The notes: generated by a model from the sequence alone, not told the origin. 28,047 nt of DNA from Nitrospirota bacterium (GCA_040758355.1 JBFLWF010000029.1:1-28047), one strand, 5' to 3'; counted from the stretch's first letter, positions 9,239 to 17,884 are shown. Translations and numbers: made by a program.

Positions 9239-9299
9239 TAAGAATATAGTTTGGATTATCTTTGATTTTTCAAGGAATTCTAAAAGGTATATCTTTAAT

Positions 9300-9340
9300 T
9301 TGTGTAGCGCGATTCACAATGATATGTATTTCATTACATA
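9300..9340. promoter_or_regulatory. Putative tandem upstream activator sites for the NtrC/PilR-type regulator
   Basis: Two dyads, TTGTG-N10-CACAA (9300-9319) and TATGTA-N6-TACATA (9323-9340), about 90-130 bp upstream of the predicted start site. Confidence 0.55.
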
Positions 9341-10690
9341 TCAGCCGATCCCATATTCCTTTATCTTATTCAAAAGCGTCTTATAGCTGACCTTTAGAAT
9401 TTCTGCTGCCCTGCTTTTGTTTCCATGTGTCTGTCTAAGGGTATTTTCTATTCTTGACTTCTCGGCAAACCTTGCTGCTGATTCCGCGACCTCATGCAAA
9501 GGAGCGTCTAAATTAATCCTCTCCTTCACATCCGTGCCAAAAGTCAGATGTTCAGGCAAAAGGTCCGCGCCATCGCATAGGATAACTGCCCTTTCTATCA
9601 CATTTTTCAGTTCCCTTACATTACCCCTCCATTCATGGTTCAAAAGAATACTCTCAATTTCTGATGATATGGATAGCTCATTTTTATTCATCTCTTTGGA
9701 AAACTGTGAAACAAAATAGCGTGCAAGAGGAATAATGTCTTCCCTCCTCTCCCTCAATGGCGGTATAACTATGGGAAATACATTCAGTCTATAAAACAGG
9801 TCTTCCCTGAAGCGGCCTTCGGAAACCTCTCTTTCGAGATTTTTATTGCTTGCTGCAATTACCCTTACATCAACCTTTATAGTCTTTGTCCCGCCTACCC
9901 TCTCAAATTCGTTTTCCTGCAAGACTCTTAACAGTTTTGACTGAAGAGGCATTTCCATATCCCCTATTTCATCGAGGAAGATCGTGCCTTTGTCTGCGAG
10001 TTCAAATCTTCCTATCTTTGTTTCCCCCGCCCCTGTAAAGGCTCCTTTTTCGTGTCCGAATATTTCATTCTCTATCAAATCCTTCGGGATTGCCGCACAA
10101 TTAACAGCAACGAAGGGTTCTTTTGACCTCTGGCTCAGATGGTGTATTGTCCTTGAGATAAGCTCTTTTCCTGTTCCACTCTCTCCAAGTATTAACACTG
10201 TGGTTTTAAGGGGCGCTACCTTTTTCACCTTTCCCATTATTTCATTCCATGCCCTGCTCACTCCGATCATATCAGGCATTTTAAGAAACTTTGAAAACTC
10301 TTTTTTCAGGATTATGTTCTCTTTCTCGATGCTTCTTTCGCCTATTGCCCTTTTGATTATCAACAGAAGATGGTCCGGATCAAATGGTTTTGTGATAAAG
10401 TCATAAGCACCTTCTTTTACGGCCTTAACAGCAGTCTCGATGCTTCCGTATGCGGTCATTACAATCACTGGAATGAAGGGGAAGCCTTCCTTTATAGTCT
10501 TCACAATCTCCATGCCGTCTCCATCCGGAAGCTTCAGGTCTGTAACAACAGCACTCAAGCCGGATGAGAGTAAATTAATTCCATCCTTGACAGTATAAGC
10601 TGTTTTGACACTGAACCCTTCAGACTGGAAGGTTTTAGTCAGCATGTCCGCCATACTCTTTTTGTCTTCAACTATTAGAATTGTTTGCAT
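9341..10690 (-). CDS. sigma54-dependent response regulator (NtrC/PilR family: REC-AAA+-Fis HTH)
   Basis: ILIVED and DLKLPD receiver, GESGTGKE, GAFTGA, FLDEIG, FREDLFYRLNV, WRGNVREL and GNKSRAAEIL. Confidence 0.95.
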   Translation of the reverse strand: MQTILIVEDKKSMADMLTKTFQSEGFSVKTAYTVKDGINLLSSGLSAVVTDLKLPDGDGMEIVKTIKEGFPFIPVIVMTAYGSIETAVKAVKEGAYDFITKPFDPDHLLLIIKRAIGERSIEKENIILKKEFSKFLKMPDMIGVSRAWNEIMGKVKKVAPLKTTVLILGESGTGKELISRTIHHLSQRSKEPFVAVNCAAIPKDLIENEIFGHEKGAFTGAGETKIGRFELADKGTIFLDEIGDMEMPLQSKLLRVLQENEFERVGGTKTIKVDVRVIAASNKNLEREVSEGRFREDLFYRLNVFPIVIPPLRERREDIIPLARYFVSQFSKEMNKNELSISSEIESILLNHEWRGNVRELKNVIERAVILCDGADLLPEHLTFGTDVKERINLDAPLHEVAESAARFAEKSRIENTLRQTHGNKSRAAEILKVSYKTLLNKIKEYGIG

Positions 10691-10719
10691 AATTATCTAT
10701 TCATCACTCCAACACTCCA

Positions 10720-11568
10720 TTACTCCTTTGGCAAAAACACCCTGAAAGTGCTGCCCTCACCCTCCCTGCTTTCCACGCTGATATTGCCCCCGTGTTCTGT
10801 CACTATCTTCTGCACAAGTGCCAAGCCTATTCCTGAACCCTTATCCTTTGTGGTATAAAACGGCATGAATATTCTGTCCACATCATTCACGGGGATACCG
10901 GCTCCATTGTCTCTCACAACAATAAATACACCCTCCTTATTTAAAGAAACGCCCTTCTCCACATCTATCCACACACTATCGCCTGCATCAATGGCATTAT
11001 GGGCAAGATTTTTTATTGCCTGCTTTAGCAGGGTTTCATCACCCTTTATTGAAACATCATCCAATAAACTAAAATCTATTTTATCAGCAGAATCACCCAT
11101 ACTTTGAATAACATCCTTTATGGATGTTGTGAGGTTTATATCGATTTTTTTTATCGGCTCTGACCTCGAAAATTTAAGCAACTCCTCCATAACACGATTC
11201 ATATCTTCAATTTCGTTGAGAATACCTTGAACGATTTCTCTTCTGTTGTCGTTTTCATCAAGGCTCTTTAAAAGGAGTTTTGTATAGCCTGCTATTACAC
11301 CCATGGGGTTTCTGAATTCGTGTGCTATCCCAGCAGACACCTCTCCGAGCGCAGCAAGCCTCTCCTTTATGACAAGCTGTTCTTTAAGGGACTTTATTTC
11401 GTCTCCGAGTGCCCGGAATGCATTTACAACGGTATTTATCTCAGCACTTTCTTTTTTTGCTTCTTCTTTCTTTAAAAGGCGGGGCAGGAATATTGCAACG
11501 ATAAAGAGTAATATCAGAAAAATCGAGGCTGTTAGGAAAATAATGAGGATATCGGGACCGGCTTTCAT
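10720..11568 (-). CDS. Sensor histidine kinase (NtrB/PilS-like) with a single TM and no obvious sensor domain
   Basis: H box AHEFRNP, N box NLAHNA, DNGAGI, FMPFYTTK and GSGIGL. Confidence 0.93.
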   Translation of the reverse strand: MKAGPDILIIFLTASIFLILLFIVAIFLPRLLKKEEAKKESAEINTVVNAFRALGDEIKSLKEQLVIKERLAALGEVSAGIAHEFRNPMGVIAGYTKLLLKSLDENDNRREIVQGILNEIEDMNRVMEELLKFSRSEPIKKIDINLTTSIKDVIQSMGDSADKIDFSLLDDVSIKGDETLLKQAIKNLAHNAIDAGDSVWIDVEKGVSLNKEGVFIVVRDNGAGIPVNDVDRIFMPFYTTKDKGSGIGLALVQKIVTEHGGNISVESREGEGSTFRVFLPKE

Positions 11569-12377
11569 TGCCTCCCGTTAATAAGTTCTATGAGTTTATC
11601 CGCAGGCATTGTTCCTGAATAGATATTGCCATCGGGCATTATCATTGTAGGAGTGCCTGTAATGCCGAGGGATTCAGTTAGTTTTATGTTATTATCTATT
11701 TCCTTTGTGTCGCAATCGGTTTTAGGAATGGGTTTATTTTCGAAATTGTCCTCAAGCATATTCAAAGATTTATTGCATACAATACTCTTGGATTTCCAGT
11801 ATGCATCCTTATGCATTTTTAATGGAAACAGTTTTACATAAAATACAATGTCCTTTCTCTTTTCTAAAACCCTCTTCATCTCCTGATGAAGTTTCCCGCA
11901 GTACGGTCAATCGGGGTCTGTAAATACAATCACCTTTTTTGGCGCACGGGCGTTGCCCATGACCAATGCATTGTTTATCGGTATCTTTGAAACATCTGCC
12001 TTTCCTATAGGAATCCTCTGGGCGCTTTCCGCAGTTTTATTTGAGCCGGTATCTACTTCAATAATTTGACCTGAAAGGAGATACTTTTTCGAGAAATCCA
12101 CATAAAAAATACCCTTTTTGCCATTATCGTCTATGAATACTTCCCAGAGGCTTTTTACAGGACTCAACTGTATATTCAGAATTTTTGCACGGGAGAGATT
12201 CATCTTCTTCAGGATGCCGTTAACTTCCTGTGTGCTTAAGGAATGGCACTTCTTGCAATCACCCTCGCAACCGCCATTGCTAAAAGAATAGGCAAAGGTA
12301 GAGGTAAAGGTAGAGGTAAAGGTTAAGAATAAAAAAACAGTGAAAATGAAAAATAGAATCAATCCAAATCTCTTCAT
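11565..12377 (-). CDS. DsbC/DsbG-family thiol:disulfide isomerase, predicted selenoprotein (U-P-Y-C), with N-terminal CxxCH; 270 aa with readthrough
   Basis: Track ORFs 11907-12377 and 11565-11879 share a frame. Joined they read VIVFTDPD-(TGA)-PYCGKLHQEMKR...FPL...GITGTPT, so TGA (11909-11907) sits at the first Cys of the DsbC FTDPDCPYC motif. Confidence 0.88.
11874..11891 (-). promoter_or_regulatory. Candidate bacterial SECIS hairpin
   Basis: Perfect 7-bp stem CUUCAUC/GAUGAAG with a G-containing AGGA loop, starting 15 nt 3' of the in-frame UGA. Confidence 0.65.
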
Positions 12378-12409
12378 TCTTATTTTCTCCTTTACCTCTA
12401 CCTTTGCCT
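12290..12409. repeat. 21-bp perfect inverted repeat built from AGGYAR hexamers, spanning the dsbC start
   Basis: AGGCAAAGGTAGAGGTAAAGG (12290-12310) is the exact reverse complement of 12389-12409. Confidence 0.85.
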
Positions 12410-12434
12410 GTTTCTATGATAAATAACTTTTCCT

Positions 12435-12463
12435 TTGAATTGCAAGGCATTTTTTGTTATAAT
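12435..12463 (+). promoter_or_regulatory. Putative sigma70 promoter of scpB (near-leaderless), overlapping a divergent dsbC promoter
   Basis: TTGAAT-N17-TATAAT with extended -10 TG, 8 nt before the ATG. The opposite strand has TTGCAA-N18-TATCAT (12444-12415). Confidence 0.6.
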
Positions 12464-12471
12464 CTTGGGCA

Positions 12472-13035
12472 ATGGAAGAATCGGTAGTATCGGCAGCAAC
12501 ATCAGACAACAGGCACATGCATAAGTCAGCCCTCGAGGCCTTGCTGTTTGTTGCTGGAGAGTCTGTTCCTGTCAGCAGCCTCGTTAAGGCAACCGAAATG
12601 CCGGAGTCCGAAATCAAAAAATTAATGGAGGAGCTAATATCGGACTACAAGGGGAAACATTCGGGCATACTGATTGTGGAGGTTGCAGACGGCTACCAGA
12701 TGGTCACAAACCCGGATTTTTCCATGTGGGTAAAAAAATTCAAAAATATAAACCAGTCGAGCAAGCTCTCTCCCCCAACATTGGAGACACTGGCAATAAT
12801 AGCCTATAAACAGCCGATAACTAAATTAGAGATAGACCAGTTACGGGGTGTCAACTCTGATGGCGCTGTTAAGAGTCTGTTGGATAAAAGACTTATTAAG
12901 ATTGTGGGCAAAAAAGAGACTCCGGGCAGACCGTTTCTTTACGGCACAACAAAGGAGTTTTTGCAATATTTCGGTCTTAAGAATTTAAGCGATTTACCGC
13001 CGATTAATGATTTTTTTAAGGATGAAGCAGCATAA
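12472..13035 (+). CDS. scpB: SMC-Scp complex subunit ScpB
   Basis: LEALLF, VADGYQMVT, LETLAIIAYKQPIT, RGVNSD, GRPFLYGTTKEFLQYFGL and DLP. Confidence 0.96.
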   Translation: MEESVVSAATSDNRHMHKSALEALLFVAGESVPVSSLVKATEMPESEIKKLMEELISDYKGKHSGILIVEVADGYQMVTNPDFSMWVKKFKNINQSSKLSPPTLETLAIIAYKQPITKLEIDQLRGVNSDGAVKSLLDKRLIKIVGKKETPGRPFLYGTTKEFLQYFGLKNLSDLPPINDFFKDEAA

Positions 13036-13059
13036 AAGCTTAAAGGGGGGAAGATATTA

Positions 13060-14121
13060 ATGAAAAAAATGTATGTAGTGCTTTTTATCGTCTTCCTTTA
13101 TATGACATCCGCTGTTCATGCTGAAACCTACACTGTAAAAAATGGCGATTCTCTCCATAAGATCGCAAAAAAATTCGATGTCTCTGAATCCGGGATAAAG
13201 AAGGCCAATAACCTGAAGTCCGGCAAACTTAAGGCAGGGACAAAACTGTCCATCCCCAACAGCAAAATTTATCACACCGCAAAAAAAGGCGACACACTAA
13301 AGAAGATTGCAAATAAAACAAACAAACTTAAGGCAGGCCAGCAGATTTTAGCAAAGAAGAAGTCCCGTGATATCGAAGAATCCCGCAAGGCGTTTTATAA
13401 AGAGAAGTCCACTCGGGACGCAGAAGATGAAGAGACATATACGGTTAAAAAAGGAGACAATATCTGGAGGATTGCAAAGAGATTCGATTTAAGCGTGGAT
13501 GAGCTAAAAGAACTGAATGACTTAACGAGCACCTCTCTTAAAACCGGTCAAAAACTTGTTGTTTCAAGAACAACCCCCGAACCAAAAGAACCTGAAGACA
13601 TAAAATCCATAAAGGCGAATTATGATAGGAAGGCAACGCCTGTCATAACATCCGCAAGATTGGAAGAGGTAAAAGAGCTGTCGAACTCCAAAGACCTTTC
13701 AAAGATGAGCATAAATGAAAGGCTCATACTGTTTGCCAAGAAGATGCTGCATCTACCGTATCGATTCGGAGGCAACGGCTCCTTCGGGCTTGACTGTTCT
13801 GCATATGTGCAAAGGGTATACAGCATCGCAGGGATTGAGCTGCCCAGAAGTGCACGGGAGCAGTTCAAGATTGGAGAAGCAATTGATAAAGAGGAACTCG
13901 CCATAGGAGATTTAGTATTCTTCAGGACGTATGCATCTTTCCCGTCCCATGTTGGTATCTATCTCGGCAATAACTTGTTTATCCATGCTTCCACAAGGTC
14001 CAAGAGGGTGACAATAGACAGCCTTGAAGAACCTTATTATGTTAAGAGATTTATTGGTGCAAAGCGACTCATTCCGGAAGATGAAGTCAAGATAGCCGAG
14101 ACACCCACAAAAGAGAATTAG
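13060..14121 (+). CDS. LysM-repeat NlpC/P60 (C40) peptidoglycan endopeptidase
   Basis: Signal peptide, LysM repeats YTVKNGDSL and YTVKKGDNI, and catalytic PYRFGG...DCSAY, GDLVFF, HVGIY and FIHAS. Confidence 0.93.
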   Translation: MKKMYVVLFIVFLYMTSAVHAETYTVKNGDSLHKIAKKFDVSESGIKKANNLKSGKLKAGTKLSIPNSKIYHTAKKGDTLKKIANKTNKLKAGQQILAKKKSRDIEESRKAFYKEKSTRDAEDEETYTVKKGDNIWRIAKRFDLSVDELKELNDLTSTSLKTGQKLVVSRTTPEPKEPEDIKSIKANYDRKATPVITSARLEEVKELSNSKDLSKMSINERLILFAKKMLHLPYRFGGNGSFGLDCSAYVQRVYSIAGIELPRSAREQFKIGEAIDKEELAIGDLVFFRTYASFPSHVGIYLGNNLFIHASTRSKRVTIDSLEEPYYVKRFIGAKRLIPEDEVKIAETPTKEN

Positions 14122-14142
14122 ACCTTCAGGTATTATAGACTC

Positions 14143-14418
14143 ATGAAAACAAAGGCGCATCTCTATATCTCAGGAAGGGTTCAAGGCGTGTACTACAGGG
14201 CATTCACGCAGGAAGTTGCCGACTCCCTCGGACTAAAAGGATGGGTTAGAAATCTCCCTGACAGAAGGGTGGAAGCAGTCTTTGAGGGAGAGCGGGAGCT
14301 CATCGAAGAGGCTATATTGAAATGTAAGCAAGGTCCGCCTTACGCAAATGTCACGAATATCGATGTCACATGGGAAAATCAACCGGAGGGCTTCAGCGAT
14401 TTCAGTATCAGGTATTAA
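14143..14418 (+). CDS. acyP: Acylphosphatase
   Basis: SGRVQGVYYR, GWVRNLPD and GPP. Confidence 0.94.
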   Translation: MKTKAHLYISGRVQGVYYRAFTQEVADSLGLKGWVRNLPDRRVEAVFEGERELIEEAILKCKQGPPYANVTNIDVTWENQPEGFSDFSIRY

Positions 14419-14421
14419 TTA

Positions 14422-14451
14422 CGTAAACCAACCGATTCTCTTTAGTTGACA
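14422..14451. promoter_or_regulatory. BirA (biotin repressor) operator overlapping a TTGACA -35
   Basis: GTAAAC-N16-GTTGAC directly upstream of bioB matches the TGTtAAC-N14..16-GTTaACA consensus. Confidence 0.75.
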
Positions 14452-14480
14452 TTCATACCGCTTTTGCGAAAAAATAATCT

Positions 14481-15458
14481 GTGATTAACAGCCTGAGAGA
14501 TAAGATATTAAGCGGATATTCAATAACTAAAGAAGAAGCACTCCAGATTGTTCAAATTCAGCCTTCAAACTCCAGCCTTCAGCCTTTTTTCGATTTATTC
14601 GCTGCAGCCAATAAAATAAGGGAAACATTCAGAAAAGATTCCGTTGACCTTTGTTCTATTATTAATGCAAAATCAGGTGCATGTCCCGAGGACTGCTCCT
14701 ACTGCGCCCAGTCATCAAAGAGCAAGACAGACATTCCCGTCTATCCACTCGTCAAAAAAAATATGGTAATCGATAAGGCAAAAGAGGCAAAGGACGCCGG
14801 CGTGAGAAGATTCTGTATTGTTACAAGCGGCAGAAAGGTCGGTAAAAACGAGCTCAAAGAAATATCATCAATGATTAAAGACATACGAAATATTGGTCTC
14901 CTTCCATGCGCAACACTGGGGCTTATGGGCAGCGATGAATTGTCATTCCTTAAACAAAGCGGTCTTGAACGCTACCACCATAATCTCGAAACCTCGGAAA
15001 GGTTCTTCCCTGAAATTTGCAGTACCCATACATATGACGATAAGCTGAAAACGATAGATGCGGCCAAATCCGCAGGCCTTTCCATATGCTCGGGAGGCAT
15101 TTTCGGCATGGGAGAGACATGGCAGGACAGGATAGACACGGCCTTTGCCGTAAAAGAACTCAATGTGGATTCTGTGCCGATTAATTTTTTGATACCTGTT
15201 AAAGGCACATCAATGGCTGAAATGGATTTCCTCCACCCGTTTGAAGCCCTTAAGATCATAAGCCTTTACAGGTTTATCCTGCCAGAAAAGGAGATAAGGG
15301 TCTGCGGCGGTAGAATGCAGATACTCGGCGAATTCAACTCAATGGTCTTTATGGCTGGCGCAGACGCCCTTCTCACAGGAAACTATCTAACAACCACAGG
15401 CAGGACATACAAAGACGATCTGAGGCTTATAGAACAGTATGGATTAAGATTAATCTGA
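14481..15458 (+). CDS. bioB: Biotin synthase
   Basis: NAKSGACPEDCSYCAQS radical SAM motif, YHHNLET, CSGGIFGMGE, SVPINFL and GNYLTT. Confidence 0.97.
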   Translation: MINSLRDKILSGYSITKEEALQIVQIQPSNSSLQPFFDLFAAANKIRETFRKDSVDLCSIINAKSGACPEDCSYCAQSSKSKTDIPVYPLVKKNMVIDKAKEAKDAGVRRFCIVTSGRKVGKNELKEISSMIKDIRNIGLLPCATLGLMGSDELSFLKQSGLERYHHNLETSERFFPEICSTHTYDDKLKTIDAAKSAGLSICSGGIFGMGETWQDRIDTAFAVKELNVDSVPINFLIPVKGTSMAEMDFLHPFEALKIISLYRFILPEKEIRVCGGRMQILGEFNSMVFMAGADALLTGNYLTTTGRTYKDDLRLIEQYGLRLI

Positions 15459-15461
15459 CTA

Positions 15462-15640
15462 TATAGCGACAACAGTGGGTGGCTGACTTGAAGCAAAATT
15501 TCTGGGTTCTCTAAGGGGCAAAGTAACGACTGCCCCTAACCTTGCACTGAAATAAACTTTTATATTCTGTCGTGCCTATAATCGAGTAATAACGACTAAT
15601 TAATTTTGCGAAAAGGCAGCTACTCACTGTTGTCGCATTA
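15462..15640. repeat. ~175-bp element with long terminal inverted repeats (MITE-like, family B) between convergent bioB and ilvD
   Basis: GCGACAACAGTGGGTGGCTG (15466-15485) pairs with CAGCTACTCACTGTTGTCGC (15617-15636), extended by GCAAAATT/AATTTTGC. The left end starts TATAGC. Confidence 0.6.
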
Positions 15641-17296
15641 CTCCATTACCGCCCCGTTGCCTGCTGAACTCACAAGCCTCGCATATCTGGCAAGATAACC
15701 ATGCCTTATTTTGGGCGACGGCTGCCTCCATTGAGAAAGCCTCTTTTTAATATCTTCATCAGAAAGCAAGACCTCTATTTTCCTTTTTGGAATGTCTATC
15801 CTGATTCTGTCGCCATTTTTTAATACAGCGATAGGGCCTCCCTCCATTGCCTCCGGAGATATATGGCCTATGCAGGGGCCCCGTGTGCCGCCTGAAAATC
15901 TGCCGTCGGTTATAAGAGCAACAGATTCGCTGAGTCCCATGCCGGCAATTGCGGATGTAGGAGAAAGCATCTCTCTCATGCCCGGCCCGCCCTTTGGGCC
16001 TTCGTATCTGATAACAATAATATCCCCTGCCTTTATATTGCCACTCAATATGGCCTTCATTCCGTCTTCTTCCGAATCGAATACCTTGGCCGTTCCTTCA
16101 AATTTCATCATGTTTTTGCTCACTGCTGTCTGTTTAACCACTGCACCATGAGGAGCAAGGTTCCCTTTGAGGATCGCAATCCCGCCCTCTTTATGGTAAG
16201 CCTTATTTAGCGGTCTGATGACTTCCCCGTTCATCACCTCTGCTCCATCGGCAATCTCAAAGATATTCTTACCTGAAACTGTTGGATTTTGATTAAGCAT
16301 ATCCCTTAATCTCTTCAAAACAGCTGGAATTCCTCCGGCATAATCAAGGTCTTCCATATAATACTGTCCCCCTGGAATCATGTTGGCTATGTGGGGTGTT
16401 TTTCTGCTCAGCTCATCAAAAACCTCAAGTGATAGTTTAACTTTAGCCTCGTAAGCTATTGCTGGAATATGTAAAACAGTATTTGTAGAGCCTCCGAGGG
16501 CAAGGTCAACCATAATCGCATTCTTAAATGCCTTATCCGTCATTATCTTTCTTGGTGTAATGTTCTTTTTTATTAACTCCACTATCTTTACGCCGCTCTC
16601 AAAGGCTATTCTCTTTTTATTTGCCAGAACAGCAGGAGATGTGGCACAGCCTGGCAGGCTCATTCCGAGGGATTCGGTAACACATGCCATTGTGTTGGCA
16701 GTATACATTCCCTGGCACGAACCAGCCCCGGGACAGGCGCACATCTCAAGCGCCTGCAGTTCATTATCTTTTATCAGACCTCTTTTGTATTTGCCAACAG
16801 CCTCGAATGTATCGCTTGTAAGGTTCAGCCTTCTTCCCATGTAATGTCCTGACAGCATGGGGCCTGCAGTAACCACGATACTCGGTATATTTAGCCTTGC
16901 AGCAGCCATAAGCATGCCGGGGGTTATTTTATCGCAGTTGGTGAGAAGCACAAGGCCGTCAAGCTGATGGGCTTCTGCAATGGTCTCCACCATATCTGCG
17001 ATCAATTCCCTCGAAGGGAGGGAATAATGCATTCCCCTGTGTCCCATGGCAATTCCATCGCATATTCCGGGGATGCCAAAGAAGAACGGATAGCCGCCGC
17101 CTGTATGAACGCCCTTTTCGATAAATCTCTCGAGGTCCCTCATTCCTACGTGACCTGGAATAATATCCGTAAAACTGGTTGCGACACCGATAAAAGGCTT
17201 GTTCATCTCGCTCTTTGGAATGCCTGTTGCATAAAGGAGTGCCCTGTGCGGAACCCTTTCAAGACCTTCCTTTATAGTCCTGCTCCTTTTGGCCAT
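15638..17296 (-). CDS. ilvD: Dihydroxy-acid dehydratase
   Basis: [51 protein letters not shown] and TDGRFSG. Confidence 0.98.
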   Translation of the reverse strand: MAKRSRTIKEGLERVPHRALLYATGIPKSEMNKPFIGVATSFTDIIPGHVGMRDLERFIEKGVHTGGGYPFFFGIPGICDGIAMGHRGMHYSLPSRELIADMVETIAEAHQLDGLVLLTNCDKITPGMLMAAARLNIPSIVVTAGPMLSGHYMGRRLNLTSDTFEAVGKYKRGLIKDNELQALEMCACPGAGSCQGMYTANTMACVTESLGMSLPGCATSPAVLANKKRIAFESGVKIVELIKKNITPRKIMTDKAFKNAIMVDLALGGSTNTVLHIPAIAYEAKVKLSLEVFDELSRKTPHIANMIPGGQYYMEDLDYAGGIPAVLKRLRDMLNQNPTVSGKNIFEIADGAEVMNGEVIRPLNKAYHKEGGIAILKGNLAPHGAVVKQTAVSKNMMKFEGTAKVFDSEEDGMKAILSGNIKAGDIIVIRYEGPKGGPGMREMLSPTSAIAGMGLSESVALITDGRFSGGTRGPCIGHISPEAMEGGPIAVLKNGDRIRIDIPKRKIEVLLSDEDIKKRLSQWRQPSPKIRHGYLARYARLVSSAGNGAVME

Positions 17297-17350
17297 ACAA
17301 ATCCCCTTTCAATTTTTATATTAATCATATTACGAAAATATCACATTGCA

Positions 17351-17521
17351 TATGGCAGCAGGTGTGCTGAAAAGACTTTACACCTCGGAATATTGTAAAA
17401 CATCATCTTGAATCCGTCACCTACTACATTGCTCTCTATTTAGGTAAAGGCGTTAATAGTCTTCTGATATGCATAAAGAACAACGACTTTGTAAAGACTT
17501 TGATGCACACCTGCTACCATA
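17351..17521. mobile_element. MITE-like element family A, copy 1
   Basis: ~32-bp imperfect TIRs (TATGGCAGCAGGTGTGC...GCACACCTGCTACCATA) with TA ends. A highly similar copy lies at 21680-21847. Confidence 0.7.
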
Positions 17522-17538
17522 TCCTGCGCAATTCAAGT

Positions 17539-17769
17539 TTAATTCATCGAATGATGCTTTTTGTACTCCCTTATCAACTCGGCTATCTTATCCTTTTTAT
17601 AGAGCTTTTCCTTTTTAATCCTGTGCATTTCGGCTTCTTCTTCTGGTGTAAGGTAGGGTTTTTTGTTAAATTCTAATAATTGGCTATCAAGTTCTCGGTG
17701 TTCTTGATAAATGCGTCTGAACTCCTCGTTTTCCCTTTTTAAGGCCTCTACGACGTCTTCTTCTCTCAT
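17539..17769 (-). CDS. YdcH/DUF465-family small coiled-coil protein
   Basis: ENEEFRRIYQEHRELD...LTPEEE...IKKEKLYKKDKI pattern, with SD GGAGG. Confidence 0.85.
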   Translation of the reverse strand: MREEDVVEALKRENEEFRRIYQEHRELDSQLLEFNKKPYLTPEEEAEMHRIKKEKLYKKDKIAELIREYKKHHSMN

Positions 17770-17786
17770 GACAGCCTCCTTCGGGC

Positions 17787-17812
17787 ATAAGGGGGACTTT
17801 CGTCCCCCTTAT
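17787..17812. other. Stable hairpin just upstream of the DUF465 gene RBS
   Basis: ATAAGGGGGAC-TTTC-GTCCCCCTTAT, an 11-bp stem with a GAAA tetraloop on the coding strand. There is no U tract. Confidence 0.6.
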
Positions 17813-17884
17813 AAAATCCCCCTATAGTTTTTTATAGATAGTGAATTCATTAACTAATTTTACAACAAACTCATAAAAAAAACA

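Noticed and set aside
3206..12377. Pilus cassette as a tRNA-integrated genomic island
   Set aside because: No integrase is present, and I found no repeat of the tRNA 3' end in the window.
11565..12377. dsbC as a nonsense pseudogene or two separate genes
   Set aside because: The stop is TGA at precisely the catalytic Cys, both halves are intact and in frame, and a SECIS-like hairpin follows.
15462..15640. 6S RNA
   Set aside because: Length and terminal stem fit, but there is no room for a promoter, no recognisable 6S central-bubble motifs, and the usual zapA/ygfA context is absent. An Rfam scan would settle it.
17351..17521. T-box, attenuator or riboswitch for ilvD
   Set aside because: A near-identical copy precedes the unrelated pilZ gene, and no T-box or leader-peptide features are visible.
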